This document shows, in pieces, positions 37,432 through 47,475 of a stretch of DNA of 64,000 bases; the first letter of the stretch is position 1, and each line of letters begins with the position of its first letter. The DNA comes from Candidatus Nomurabacteria bacterium RIFCSPLOWO2_01_FULL_39_18. Its GTDB lineage: Bacteria; Patescibacteriota; Minisyncoccia; Phycocordibacterales; UBA9973. The notes under the pieces were generated by a model. It ran no database searches, was not told the DNA's origin, and saw only the letters and a program-made list of their open reading frames with translations. The DNA lies in contig MFUV01000010.1 of assembly GCA_001787005.1 (NCBI GenBank), forward strand, positions 73,955 to 137,954, in the 5' to 3' direction. A program made the position numbers and the translations under genes.

Positions 37432-37927
37432 GACTTCTCTAGTTTAAGTTACGGGAATCCTGAGGGGTTATGGGAGCATTTGCTTAATTGCGGAGTCAAC
37501 CCATCCCTTGGATGCTATTAAAATGACTCCCCCTGATGCGACTTCGACAGCATTCGAAGTTCGAAGGGACTAGTTTATTACTATGCAATGTAGTGAATTA
37601 ATCCCTTCGACAGGTAGCACCTTGAAGGAACTTAACGCAGTATCGTGGCCGACCCTTCTCGTAGAACAGATGCCCCTATCAAAAGACTTGAAAACTACAG
37701 TCTGGCGCCTGGGAAACACATAACATTGATACAGTATCTTCCCATAGAAGTAAAAAGGGATCAAAGATATGAGAAACTTCCGCAGGCAATACGCCATAGG
37801 ATATAAAGCGTAAAAAAATATAGCAATTCCCATTCTTGTCTCAGGGAGAAGTTTTAAATAAAATCTAAACAATATGCACGAATACAGAACACCGAAGTTA
37901 GAAGTTTATAAATTCTGAACTTCGAAT
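37432..37927 (+). ncRNA. Candidate large structured non-coding RNA
   Basis: Four nested long-range helices, a 19-bp hairpin with 3 G-U pairs and several local stems; no convincing ORF. Confidence 0.5.
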
Positions 37928-37988
37928 ATTTGATTAAAAGTGAAAATAATAAGTTTATTGATGGTGAGTTCAATTTTAATAAAAATAA

Positions 37989-38897
37989 CTATTCCTCTGA
38001 GAAATAATCAGAATCTACTTTTTTTATTTCATAAGTAGTGATTGTTGAAACACCAATATTATATTCCACCATCAATTTCGCTAGCTGGATTCCATCAATA
38101 AGAATAACTTTGCTGTCTAATCGCTGGGCATATTCAATTGCGTCTTTAGTAAAATTAGAAGTTGTGATAAAAATTCCTTTTTTCGCAAATTTGCCGTTCA
38201 GCGCACCTACAAAACTTTGTACTTCTGGACGACCCACGCTATTATCATTCCATCTTTTGGCCTGAACATATATTAGATCAAGTCCAAGTTTATCTTCCTT
38301 AATAACCCCATCTATTCCACCGTCCCCAGATCTTCCTATGGCTTGCCCTGCATCTTTCCTAGAACCACCATATCCCATACCCAACAATAGATCTATGACA
38401 GATTGCTCAAAAAAGGCAGGAGAGCTAGATTTAAGACTATTAAGCAGTTCTGCATATAATTCTTTTACGATACTTTGATATCCAGCTTCCATTGTTTCTT
38501 CCGGAGTATTTTCTTCTAAATCTTCTACTTCGTTAGATTTTTCTAGGGTATCAGCTCCGCCTTGAAACTCATTAAAAGACGAAAATTTTCTTAGAAAACT
38601 TGGATCAATTATTTCTGGTTTTTGTGCTAAAACTTTTTGTCCTTGCGGTGTAATTTTAAATAAAGCTTTTTTGGGCGCATCAACTAAACCTGCTTTTTTA
38701 AGATACGTTTTCGCCCACCCTACTCTATTGCTAAAAATAGTCATTCTTCCACTTGGAGTCATCTGACTAAGATCACTTTCTTTTAGATTAAATTTAATCG
38801 CCAAAGAACTTTCGGCTTCTTTCAAGGAGTGCTCTTGGCCATCCGCTAAATATTCCAATAAAGGTTTTATAACGTATTTAAATTGTGGTATTGGCAT
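37989..38897 (-). CDS. mrr: Mrr-family type IV restriction endonuclease
   Basis: N-terminal wHTH NRVGWAKTYLKKAGL; GDGGIDG..D.LGLD.IYVQAKRW. Confidence 0.92.
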   Translation of the reverse strand: MPIPQFKYVIKPLLEYLADGQEHSLKEAESSLAIKFNLKESDLSQMTPSGRMTIFSNRVGWAKTYLKKAGLVDAPKKALFKITPQGQKVLAQKPEIIDPSFLRKFSSFNEFQGGADTLEKSNEVEDLEENTPEETMEAGYQSIVKELYAELLNSLKSSSPAFFEQSVIDLLLGMGYGGSRKDAGQAIGRSGDGGIDGVIKEDKLGLDLIYVQAKRWNDNSVGRPEVQSFVGALNGKFAKKGIFITTSNFTKDAIEYAQRLDSKVILIDGIQLAKLMVEYNIGVSTITTYEIKKVDSDYFSEE

Positions 38898-38905
38898 TTA
38901 TAATT

Positions 38906-40795
38906 TTATTTTAGCTGATAGTAAAAATAGGTACCGTCAGGGAATTTAATGTTTGGTACCCAGAGAGGTCTTCCTTCCCATCCTTTATTAGTCTCTCCAT
39001 TGAGCCGGTAAAGGGTTAGGACCACTCTATCGTTAAAGTGATTACCGAGGTCTCGGTCTGTCGGAGATAACAGTGTGCCTGTCCCCTTACTTATACTTCT
39101 ACCTGTTCGAATAATCATACGACATTGATATTTTGCACCTTTTTTAAGCGTCCCAACACAGTCAGCAAAAGAATGCTGGTTCCATAAATCAGTTTTCTCC
39201 ACGCTTATTAAATGCAGTATTTTTTCAGTCTCCGCTAAAGATATGTCATCCTCACGATCTTTTGAACCGAGTATTCTATCTAAAGAAGAAAGACCTAAGT
39301 GTGTTGGATTAAGGGGAAAATAATTCACTCCTCCAGCAATAATCATAAGTTCTTCTTTTAAGACCACGCTTAGACGAGTTGGACGAGCTCCTTTTGGAGT
39401 CAAAAGACTAACTGCTTGTGGACCTTTCTTTTGAAGAGTATCAAAAAGCGCATTGTTAGCGTCATTCAATTCACGAAAAAGTTTTATGAGGGGTTGCGGA
39501 CTAAATATGCGACATAATTCACGATCTCTGTCATATCCAAATATACGGGCATGTTGCCACGAGGTATCTGCTTGGGGTGTTTTAGCGCTTCTGCAATAAT
39601 AAACTATTTGCAGACCTGGAAATGTCACCCCTCTTCCCAAAGTATTACCACCTATAACTATGTTGAGGCCTTCATCGTATGCTGTACCTTCTGGCGCCTT
39701 TGAGTTTAGAACTGTAATATTAACTCCGGGCATGTCTGCGCGAAGAAAATCCAAAATAGCTTTGAACGGCTTTATCCTGCTTTTAGTTTTTGATAGTTCT
39801 TCCCATGCATCACGAAGGTCCAGTTCAAGTAAAGTTGAAGAGTCTGCGACTAGATCAGTCTTCAAACCTTCAAGAAATTTTTCCACCTTTGTCCTTACGG
39901 TTGTATGTTCACTTATTTTTGACCCTGGGTGAATTAACATCGTACAAACAGATTTATGGTCACCTAAAAGTAAATCGGATGCTGCGATAAGAAAATGCAA
40001 GACAGCTTTACGAAGCCCTACGGGAATATGTTCCGCCTTTAGTAAATCATCCCGCTCATTGTCCTCTGTCTCTATTAGATTTTTTGAGTCCTCTCCATAA
40101 AAAAAATCCCCTCCCAGATAACCCTTACCGGGCGGAAGATAAAATGAGTATTGAGGTTTCCACCCTGACATTTCTATTTGTAGCACAAGAGACTGAGGAG
40201 TTGCTGTAACATGGAGGTATATTGAAGAAGGCGCCTGTTTATTTATCTTTTCAAGTAGCTTGTTAATTGTACTCTGATCATTCTGGTTAACCCTTGTATT
40301 TAAACTAGATGCATCTGCTTCATCATCCAGTAGAAAAAGTGGCTCTTCTTTGTAAATTGGATTGGAAGCTATGTTATTCGCCCATGTTTTTAGAACGTTA
40401 GGATCTTTCTTAAGAACAATCATAGTCGGCATCTGTAAACCTCTATTTAAAAAAGCTGCCTCATCCGTTTCTCCAAATACATTGAATCCAGCCATGAATC
40501 CTCCTAGAGAATTTTTTGCTCTTTCAAGTGTCTGCTTGTGCAAAATTACATTGCTTGTGGTAACTAGGATAAAAAATTTAAATCCTCTATCGGCAGCTGC
40601 AGCAGCGATAGCAAGCATTTGTCCTGTTTTTCCACTTTGCACATGGCCATATAATAAACCGGATACATGACTATTGTGGTCAAAATTATCTATATGTTTT
40701 TTAGCAAAATCTTCTGCTGTTTTTTCCAACATAGGAACAAGACCCGGGTTAGATGCTCCGGCACGTTTTAAATAATTGTCCAAAAATTTTCTCAT
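38906..40795 (-). CDS. Z1-domain SF2 helicase-like subunit (H.CglI/N.NgoAVII type)
   Basis: GHVQSGKT, DDEADASSLNT, TATPQ, GGNTLGRGVT, WQHARIFGY. Confidence 0.88.
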   Translation of the reverse strand: MRKFLDNYLKRAGASNPGLVPMLEKTAEDFAKKHIDNFDHNSHVSGLLYGHVQSGKTGQMLAIAAAAADRGFKFFILVTTSNVILHKQTLERAKNSLGGFMAGFNVFGETDEAAFLNRGLQMPTMIVLKKDPNVLKTWANNIASNPIYKEEPLFLLDDEADASSLNTRVNQNDQSTINKLLEKINKQAPSSIYLHVTATPQSLVLQIEMSGWKPQYSFYLPPGKGYLGGDFFYGEDSKNLIETEDNERDDLLKAEHIPVGLRKAVLHFLIAASDLLLGDHKSVCTMLIHPGSKISEHTTVRTKVEKFLEGLKTDLVADSSTLLELDLRDAWEELSKTKSRIKPFKAILDFLRADMPGVNITVLNSKAPEGTAYDEGLNIVIGGNTLGRGVTFPGLQIVYYCRSAKTPQADTSWQHARIFGYDRDRELCRIFSPQPLIKLFRELNDANNALFDTLQKKGPQAVSLLTPKGARPTRLSVVLKEELMIIAGGVNYFPLNPTHLGLSSLDRILGSKDREDDISLAETEKILHLISVEKTDLWNQHSFADCVGTLKKGAKYQCRMIIRTGRSISKGTGTLLSPTDRDLGNHFNDRVVLTLYRLNGETNKGWEGRPLWVPNIKFPDGTYFYYQLK

Positions 40796-40798
40796 AAT

Positions 40799-41851
40799 TT
40801 ATCTAGAAAAATCTAACAACCATACTTTAGGATCAGCTGTTTCTTTTAGTGATATGGTAGTGCGTCCATATTTTTGTAGAACCTCCGGCGTAACTGGCTG
40901 ACCCACCTTAAGACACCCTGCCCTTTCGAGCCTTCCCTTAATCCACCGACCTAGGGTCCTCAAATCACCCTCTGATCTAAAATTCTTACCATAATCTCCC
41001 TGTATTTTGCAATTAAACTGCCATCCATCATCGGTATAAACACGAATGATTGAATCCTGCTCCGGATAACCGTCTGCCTGGGTTATCTCTATTGGAACAA
41101 TAAGCTCTACTTCATACCAATGTCTAGGACGTATCGCCCCTGTTTTGGTAGCAAGTCTTCCTTTTCCAAAGTAAGCATTAAGATTGCTCTTTGCTTCTGT
41201 TTTAAGAGGAAGATCGAACACTCGGTCAGTTAAAGTACTTTCTATTTTACGATACTCCTCCTCATCTGCTTTGTCTACATCAATTCTATCCTTCAGTAGA
41301 TCGGGTGTTTCAATAAAAGATTCTGGTTTAGGCCAATTAAGAATATCTTTTGATGCTTTTTTAATTAATTCTTCGTGTAACGTATTAAGTTCTGATAAAA
41401 TATTTTCTTCTTTAAAAAGAGCGTCCACTTCCCACTGTCTACTATCAAGAATGTTCCCCAGATTAGATGACCCCATCATTCCAGACACGGGAATAGGTTT
41501 TTCCGCCTTACTGAATAGGTAAGTTTTTCCATGAAATTTAAATGCTGTAGAAACATGAACGCTTCCTATACCTTTATCTTTTAAGAAAGTTGCAAGATCT
41601 ATGGCTGCCTCATATTGCGCTTGTGTAAATCCTTCCCTCCCATGCATTCCAATTACAAGACTACATGTTTTAGTTTGATTTTCTTCACTATAAAAAAGTA
41701 GCACCGCTTTTAGTTCCAGCAGCGACTCTTCAGTAATGTAACCTGTAGCTATTTTTATATTGTCAGAATTTACAACACCATACTCAAAAGCCTCACTAAA
41801 GGAAGAATTGTCGTACTCGCAAGGTTTGATTTTTGAGTAAAGAAGTTCCAT
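40799..41851 (-). CDS. PLD-family restriction endonuclease (NgoFVII/R.CglI type)
   Basis: IATGY, FHGKTY...GSSNL (HxK-GSSN), R.WYEVELIV, KNFRSEGDL. Confidence 0.88.
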   Translation of the reverse strand: MELLYSKIKPCEYDNSSFSEAFEYGVVNSDNIKIATGYITEESLLELKAVLLFYSEENQTKTCSLVIGMHGREGFTQAQYEAAIDLATFLKDKGIGSVHVSTAFKFHGKTYLFSKAEKPIPVSGMMGSSNLGNILDSRQWEVDALFKEENILSELNTLHEELIKKASKDILNWPKPESFIETPDLLKDRIDVDKADEEEYRKIESTLTDRVFDLPLKTEAKSNLNAYFGKGRLATKTGAIRPRHWYEVELIVPIEITQADGYPEQDSIIRVYTDDGWQFNCKIQGDYGKNFRSEGDLRTLGRWIKGRLERAGCLKVGQPVTPEVLQKYGRTTISLKETADPKVWLLDFSR

Positions 41852-41875
41852 GCAAGTTTGGCTTATAAATCATCA

Positions 41876-42931
41876 TTATAATTCATCTAAAAATTTCTTA
41901 ATTGCCCTAGCTATTGGCTTAATCCCAGCTGGAGGGACAGAATTACCTATTTGTCTTCTAACTTCAGCTATGGACCCCACAAACTCAAAATCATCAGGAT
42001 AGCCAAAGAGGCGGGCACGTTCCCGGTTGGTAAGAGGCCTATTTTCCTTATAGTGATACCCCCAAGTACCGCCGCCGCCACCTGCAATGATAGTAGTCGA
42101 TGGTTTGTCTGGATGCAAGCGACGATAGACGTGAGATATCATTCCTTTTACATAGTGGGGAGAGTTTTTTGGTATGTCGGTAAAATTTCCGCCAGGGGGT
42201 ATCAGTCGTAATTTTGCTACTGTACTTGGCGCAATATTTTGATTTTCATTATTAAAACTAATTTTCTCTACTCCTTTTAGGGCTTCCCTTGCGGTAATAT
42301 AATTTTCTGGTGTATGAGTTGGAGCTGGCAACTTGAATTCTTTATTTAGATCATTGCGAACACCGATTATTAGCACACGTTGACGAAGCTGAGGAGCACC
42401 GTAATCAGCAAAATTTATAGGATATACATCTACCCTATATCCCGCTTCTCCAAAATCGTTTACAATCTGAGTTACTGCTTTACCTTTATTAGCGCTAAGA
42501 AGACCTCTGACATTTTCAGCCACGAACATCTTGGGCTGTTTCGCAAGAACAACACGAACAAATTGTCGGTATAAATTTCCACGATCTGTTTTAAGACCCA
42601 TGCGCTTCCATATCATTGAAAAGTCCTGACATGGAAAACCACCCAGAATTATTTCACAATCTGGAACATCTTCATCCTTAACAGCTGTAATACTTCCCTC
42701 TACAATATGGTCACCAAAGTTTTTTTTAAATGTTTCGCAAGCCCAGTGGTTTACATCATTTGCCCAAATTATTTCGAACCCAGCATCTTTAAAACCCAAA
42801 TCCATCCCTCCAGATCCAGAGAAAAGTGATGCTATCCTGTAAACTCTTTTTTTTAGGTTCTTCATATCTGCTTTGTCTACTTTAGAATTTACTATATTTA
42901 TATTTGGTTTTCGCAAAGCAGCTATTGGCAT
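41876..42931 (-). CDS. DNA cytosine-5 methyltransferase (CglI-like, probably GCSGC)
   Basis: LFSGSGG, GGFPCQDFS, ENV, Q.RQRV, YRRLHP..GGGGGTWGYH..LTNRERAR, QIGN. Confidence 0.93.
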   Translation of the reverse strand: MPIAALRKPNINIVNSKVDKADMKNLKKRVYRIASLFSGSGGMDLGFKDAGFEIIWANDVNHWACETFKKNFGDHIVEGSITAVKDEDVPDCEIILGGFPCQDFSMIWKRMGLKTDRGNLYRQFVRVVLAKQPKMFVAENVRGLLSANKGKAVTQIVNDFGEAGYRVDVYPINFADYGAPQLRQRVLIIGVRNDLNKEFKLPAPTHTPENYITAREALKGVEKISFNNENQNIAPSTVAKLRLIPPGGNFTDIPKNSPHYVKGMISHVYRRLHPDKPSTTIIAGGGGGTWGYHYKENRPLTNRERARLFGYPDDFEFVGSIAEVRRQIGNSVPPAGIKPIARAIKKFLDEL

Positions 42932-43056
42932 ACATTCATTATACCTTAATAAGTTCTAAAAAGCCGCTATTTGAGAACGCAGAAAAGCACCAATTCTCAA
43001 TCGCGGCTTATTTTAAGCGGCAATTTTGGAAAAAGTTTTCCACAGCTATTGCTTAT

Positions 43057-44766
43057 TTAATACACCTCCTGCTGATAGCATTTTTCACAATATATTATGG
43101 GTGCGTATTTTTCGGGATATACCGTCTCTACCTCTGTGCTGCATTTAGAGCAATTGCGGTTGATAATTTGCAAAGGTGGACGCTTATCCATCCGCCGTAT
43201 ATGCCTGATATCAAAACACACTCGCGGTAGTGGTAAATTCATTCTTCTGTAAAAAGATAATTCATTTTCAGTAATTCTATAGGCTCCTACAGAGTTGGGG
43301 TTGTCTTTTTCGGCACACTCAATAACCTCGTTTAAAATCGAATCACTTACCTCCTTGATGGTTTCAGGCAATTCCGAGGCCTTAAGGGTGACTTTGTAAT
43401 TTTTCTTACCTTTATCTATCCAGCGATAACCATTTTTAATTGCCTCTTCTTTAGTGAGGGGATAATAATAATTCGCAATTGTTTCATTGTAAGCAAAATC
43501 AGAAAAATTGGCCGGAAAGTTCTCTCCAAATCGATACTCCAGACCTCTATTATCTATATAAGGTACTTTTTTCATAGAATCAATGATTTCATTTTTAAGC
43601 TTTTCATACTCTTCCTTGGAATATTCTTTATTTAGAATGGAATATTTCCCTTTTTTCAAACCCACACAACCGAAGCAATCATGAGCGCCTGGACAATTAT
43701 TGCAGTAGTATAAGTCGTGCGCACCCATCCAGCACTGATTACAAAAATAAAGGCGAGCAATATCAATGCCACAATTCTGGGATTCGTAGATTTGCTCCGC
43801 CTTATTGCCCCATTCAAAATAATCCATACAATCCTCAGCGTTGAAAACCATAAATAGGTACTTACCGTCTCTTACGCTTTCGCAGTCGAAAGATTCCTTA
43901 ACGTTTTTACTATTCATAAACCAGTTACCTGAAACACTCTCAGACTTAATAGACATTATGGCCCTCTGTGGAAATTTCTTCCTAAATTCTTCAAATTCAA
44001 CCTTCATTTTTTCAATTCCAAGAAAAGTATCTAGTCTCATTTCTTCCAGCTTTTTGAAATATTCCTCTTTTGAATACTTTTTGTTCCAAATACAGTACTC
44101 CGCATTAACCAAATTCACGCAACCCACACAATTCGAAGAATTTCTGCATGCGTAAATAAAAGAACAATCACGGGAATCCTTACTCTCTTGGCCAAATTTC
44201 ACATTGTAGCAGTTCGCGCAATTAACACACTCATAACACAGCTCGCATTCGAAAAGCCATGAGCCATCACAACAATCAAGAATATGTTTTTTGCCGTTGT
44301 AAAGATATAAAGAATTTTCTGGATAAGAACTACGAAAAACCATATAAGAATTTTTAGGATCGGTGACGCGATGAGCATAGGGGCTGTTTATGGCAAACCC
44401 TTGCCGAACTATAGACATTCTAGGCACTTTATTTTGAAGTTCTAAAAATTGTTCGAAGAAAGATCGGCTTGGGTCATAGTCCATGCCGTAGGAATAGGGG
44501 TCCCAAACATCGGAGTACCAAATATCAGTTTCGTAAACAGGAAACTGGGTGTCCTCCGAATACATGCTAAAAATCTCTTTACCGGAAAAACTGCATTTTC
44601 TTTTATATAAAACAGTCTCGCTTGTATGTATAAAGCGCCGAAGCAGTCTACATCCTGGGCAAAAAGTCGGAGGAGGTACTTTTATTTTTTTATAAAATCC
44701 GAAATCATCAACTTCAATAGTAAAGTCCTTTTTGCAGTTTTGACAGACCTTGGTTTCAGCTTCCAT
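43057..44766 (-). CDS. Cys-rich repeat protein (paralog 3)
   Basis: 569 aa; same architecture; ends IIYCEKCYQQEVY. Confidence 0.85.
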   Translation of the reverse strand: MEAETKVCQNCKKDFTIEVDDFGFYKKIKVPPPTFCPGCRLLRRFIHTSETVLYKRKCSFSGKEIFSMYSEDTQFPVYETDIWYSDVWDPYSYGMDYDPSRSFFEQFLELQNKVPRMSIVRQGFAINSPYAHRVTDPKNSYMVFRSSYPENSLYLYNGKKHILDCCDGSWLFECELCYECVNCANCYNVKFGQESKDSRDCSFIYACRNSSNCVGCVNLVNAEYCIWNKKYSKEEYFKKLEEMRLDTFLGIEKMKVEFEEFRKKFPQRAIMSIKSESVSGNWFMNSKNVKESFDCESVRDGKYLFMVFNAEDCMDYFEWGNKAEQIYESQNCGIDIARLYFCNQCWMGAHDLYYCNNCPGAHDCFGCVGLKKGKYSILNKEYSKEEYEKLKNEIIDSMKKVPYIDNRGLEYRFGENFPANFSDFAYNETIANYYYPLTKEEAIKNGYRWIDKGKKNYKVTLKASELPETIKEVSDSILNEVIECAEKDNPNSVGAYRITENELSFYRRMNLPLPRVCFDIRHIRRMDKRPPLQIINRNCSKCSTEVETVYPEKYAPIIYCEKCYQQEVY

Positions 44767-45024
44767 AAGAGCATTATACTCGTTTTAGTGGCTTAAAACC
44801 ATAATTTACACACCTTCAGGCTCCGGCGCTGCGGATTTTAAAATCCTCCCTTGTTTATCCCGACTTATAATATTCCGCTGATAACGAGGTGCTGGAAGCT
44901 TTATCGTAAATTCGAACGGGACTTGTTTTGTGGCAATATTAGTGTTAAAAAGTTGGGTTGCATTCGTGGTATTCCGACGGAAATACTCATAATTGGCAGA
45001 TTATATCATAAGATAGAGCAAAAT

Positions 45025-47460
45025 CTATTCAGTATTAGTTTGTTTATTATTTTTTCCAAGCGCCAAGATAGTTTTAATAACTGTATCGGGGTTAAGAGAT
45101 ATGCTTTCTATCCCCTCGGATAACAGAAAGTCCGCAAAGTCCGGATAATCCGAAGGCGCTTGACCGCAAATGCCAATGTATTTGTTTTTCTCTTTGCATT
45201 TGTGAATAATCTCGGTAATTAATTTTTTTACCGAAAGATTGTTTTCATTTGCAATATGGGTCACGATGCCGGAATCACGATCAAGCCCAAGGATAAGCTG
45301 GGTTAAATCATTAGAACCGATTGACATTCCATCGAAGATCTCAAGAAACTCATCGGCCAAAATTATATTCGATGGAATCTCGCACATTACATAAACTTTA
45401 AGCGATTTATCTTTTCCGCGGTCAAGCCCGTTTTCAGCCATCACTTCCATCACCTTTTTCCCCTCTTCTGGCGTCCGGCAAAATGGAATCATGCCAACGA
45501 CATTTGTAAGACCCATTTCTTCACGCACGCGCTTCAATGCCTTGCACTCTAGACCAAAAGCGGCTTTAAATTTCGGATCATAATAACGAGACGCCCCGCG
45601 CCATCCCAGCATCGGATTTTCTTCATGCGGTTCATAAAGTTCACCGCCGACAAGGGTGCGATATTCGTTTGTTTTAAAATCAGAAAAGCGAGTGATAACT
45701 TCATGGGGATAAAATGTTGCAGCAATTTTAGCAATGCCAAAAGCAAGTTCATCCACATAAAATTGCGTTTTGTCTTTATAAAGGGGAGCTAGTTTATCAA
45801 TTTCTTTAATTGTTTTTCGGATATACGCGCTTTTTGCGCTCGAAGCAGATAATTTCTTATAATCAATCAAGGCATTGGGATGCACGCGGATGTGCGAGGC
45901 GATAATAAATTCTAGACGCCCCAATCCGACCCCTTCTACTGGAAGATAATGATTCTTAAACGCCTCATTGGGAGAACCGATATTGACCATGATTTTTGTA
46001 CCTATTTTGGGAATTTTATCTAAGCGATGCTCTTTTACCTCAAATGGCAAAATACCTTTAAACACATTTCCTGTCTCGCCAGACGAACAATCCACCGTCA
46101 CCTCTTCTCCATTTTTCAAAATTTTCGTGGAATTACCCGTTCCAACGATACAAGGAATGCCGAGTTCGCGCGACACAATTGCCGCATGCGAAGTGCGCCC
46201 GCCCTTGTCCGTTACAATCGCTCCCGCAATTTTCATAATCGGCTCCCAGTCTGGATCAGTAATTTCCGTTACCAGCACTTCTCCCTTTTTAAAAGCAATA
46301 ATATTTTTCGCATTTTTAAAAATATGAACTTTGCCCATGCCTATTTTTGCGCCAACTGGAATGCCCGTTACCCGCACATCGCTTCGCCCCTTGAGCTGAT
46401 ATTCTTTCAGCACATTTTTGTCCTCGCTGGAGTGAACCGTCTCAGGGCGCGCCTGCACAATGAAAAGCTTTCCGGTCTTGCCGTCTTTTGCCCACTCAAT
46501 ATCCATTGGTTGATAGTGATTATGTTTTTGGGAAAAATATTTTTCTATTTCCAAACACCACTTAGCAAGTTTCGTAATTTCAGCATCAGTCAAACAAAAT
46601 TTCTGCTGGTCAAGATTCGAGACAGGTTTTTGCTTGGTGTTTTGCGTCGCATACACGAGTTTTATATTTTTTTTGCCAAGATTCTTGGTGATAATCGCAT
46701 TATGCCCATTTTCTAAAGTGGGTTTAAAAATTATAAATTCATCTGGAATAACTTTCCCTTGCACAATGAATTCGCCCAAGCCGTATATGCCATTTATAAC
46801 TATGACTTTGTCAAAACCAGTTTCTGTATCAAGAGTAAAAGCAACCCCAGAAGAAGCGAGGTCCGAGCGAACCATCACCTGCACCCCCACCGAGAGAGCC
46901 GCATCAAAATGGGAAAATCCTTTATCCTTGCGATAAGAAATAGCCCGATCGGTAAAAAGAGAGGCTATGCACTTCTTTGTCGCAATGAGCACATCGTCAA
47001 TACCACGCACATTAAGATAAGTCTCCTGCTGTCCGGCAAAAGAGGCGCCCGGCAAGTCTTCGGCGGTCGCTGAAGAACGCACTGCCACATCCACATTTTC
47101 ACCATATTTTTTCGCCAATTCTTTATATGCTTCCGAAATGGCATTTTGCAGAGATTCCGGTAAAATCGCTTTTAGAATCGCTTCGCGCACTTTTCTTGCC
47201 CTGCTTTGAAGATTGCGAATATCGCTAGTATTAAGATCGGCCAGAATAATTCGAATCTCAGAGCCCAGCCCGGTTTCCTTGAAAAAAAATCTATAAGCTT
47301 GGGCTGTGATAGCGAAACCGTCCGGAACATTCACACCAAGTGGCACTAAGTTAGAATACATTTCCCCGAGCGCGGCATTTTTCCCGCCCACGGACAGAAC
47401 ATCGGCAATGCCTACCTCGCTATACCATTTAATGAAATCTTGTTCTTTTTCTTCTGTCAT
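45025..47460 (-). CDS. ppsA: Phosphoenolpyruvate synthase
   Basis: VGGKNA.LGEM, VRSSATAED, GGRTSHAAI, SIGSNDLTQ. Confidence 0.96.
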   Translation of the reverse strand: MTEEKEQDFIKWYSEVGIADVLSVGGKNAALGEMYSNLVPLGVNVPDGFAITAQAYRFFFKETGLGSEIRIILADLNTSDIRNLQSRARKVREAILKAILPESLQNAISEAYKELAKKYGENVDVAVRSSATAEDLPGASFAGQQETYLNVRGIDDVLIATKKCIASLFTDRAISYRKDKGFSHFDAALSVGVQVMVRSDLASSGVAFTLDTETGFDKVIVINGIYGLGEFIVQGKVIPDEFIIFKPTLENGHNAIITKNLGKKNIKLVYATQNTKQKPVSNLDQQKFCLTDAEITKLAKWCLEIEKYFSQKHNHYQPMDIEWAKDGKTGKLFIVQARPETVHSSEDKNVLKEYQLKGRSDVRVTGIPVGAKIGMGKVHIFKNAKNIIAFKKGEVLVTEITDPDWEPIMKIAGAIVTDKGGRTSHAAIVSRELGIPCIVGTGNSTKILKNGEEVTVDCSSGETGNVFKGILPFEVKEHRLDKIPKIGTKIMVNIGSPNEAFKNHYLPVEGVGLGRLEFIIASHIRVHPNALIDYKKLSASSAKSAYIRKTIKEIDKLAPLYKDKTQFYVDELAFGIAKIAATFYPHEVITRFSDFKTNEYRTLVGGELYEPHEENPMLGWRGASRYYDPKFKAAFGLECKALKRVREEMGLTNVVGMIPFCRTPEEGKKVMEVMAENGLDRGKDKSLKVYVMCEIPSNIILADEFLEIFDGMSIGSNDLTQLILGLDRDSGIVTHIANENNLSVKKLITEIIHKCKEKNKYIGICGQAPSDYPDFADFLLSEGIESISLNPDTVIKTILALGKNNKQTNTE

Positions 47461-47475
47461 AATTTGAATTATTTT

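Larger units (their letters stand above)
32299..43020. mobile_element. Serine-recombinase genomic (defence) island at the 5' end of ychF
   Basis: Integrase 3' end overlaps the ychF start; cargo of ArdC-like, RHH, membrane and R-M genes; right boundary approximate. Confidence 0.75.

Noticed and set aside
37570-37872. 100-aa minus-strand ORF
   Set aside because: TTG start, no motifs; lies antisense to a highly paired region better explained as RNA
37432-37927. Group I intron, RNase P or retron identity for the structured region
   Set aside because: AATTGCGG/CCGCAG and ACAGAAC resemble fragments only; no P7 GACTA/TAGTC, no GAGGAAAGTCC, no host exon and no RT
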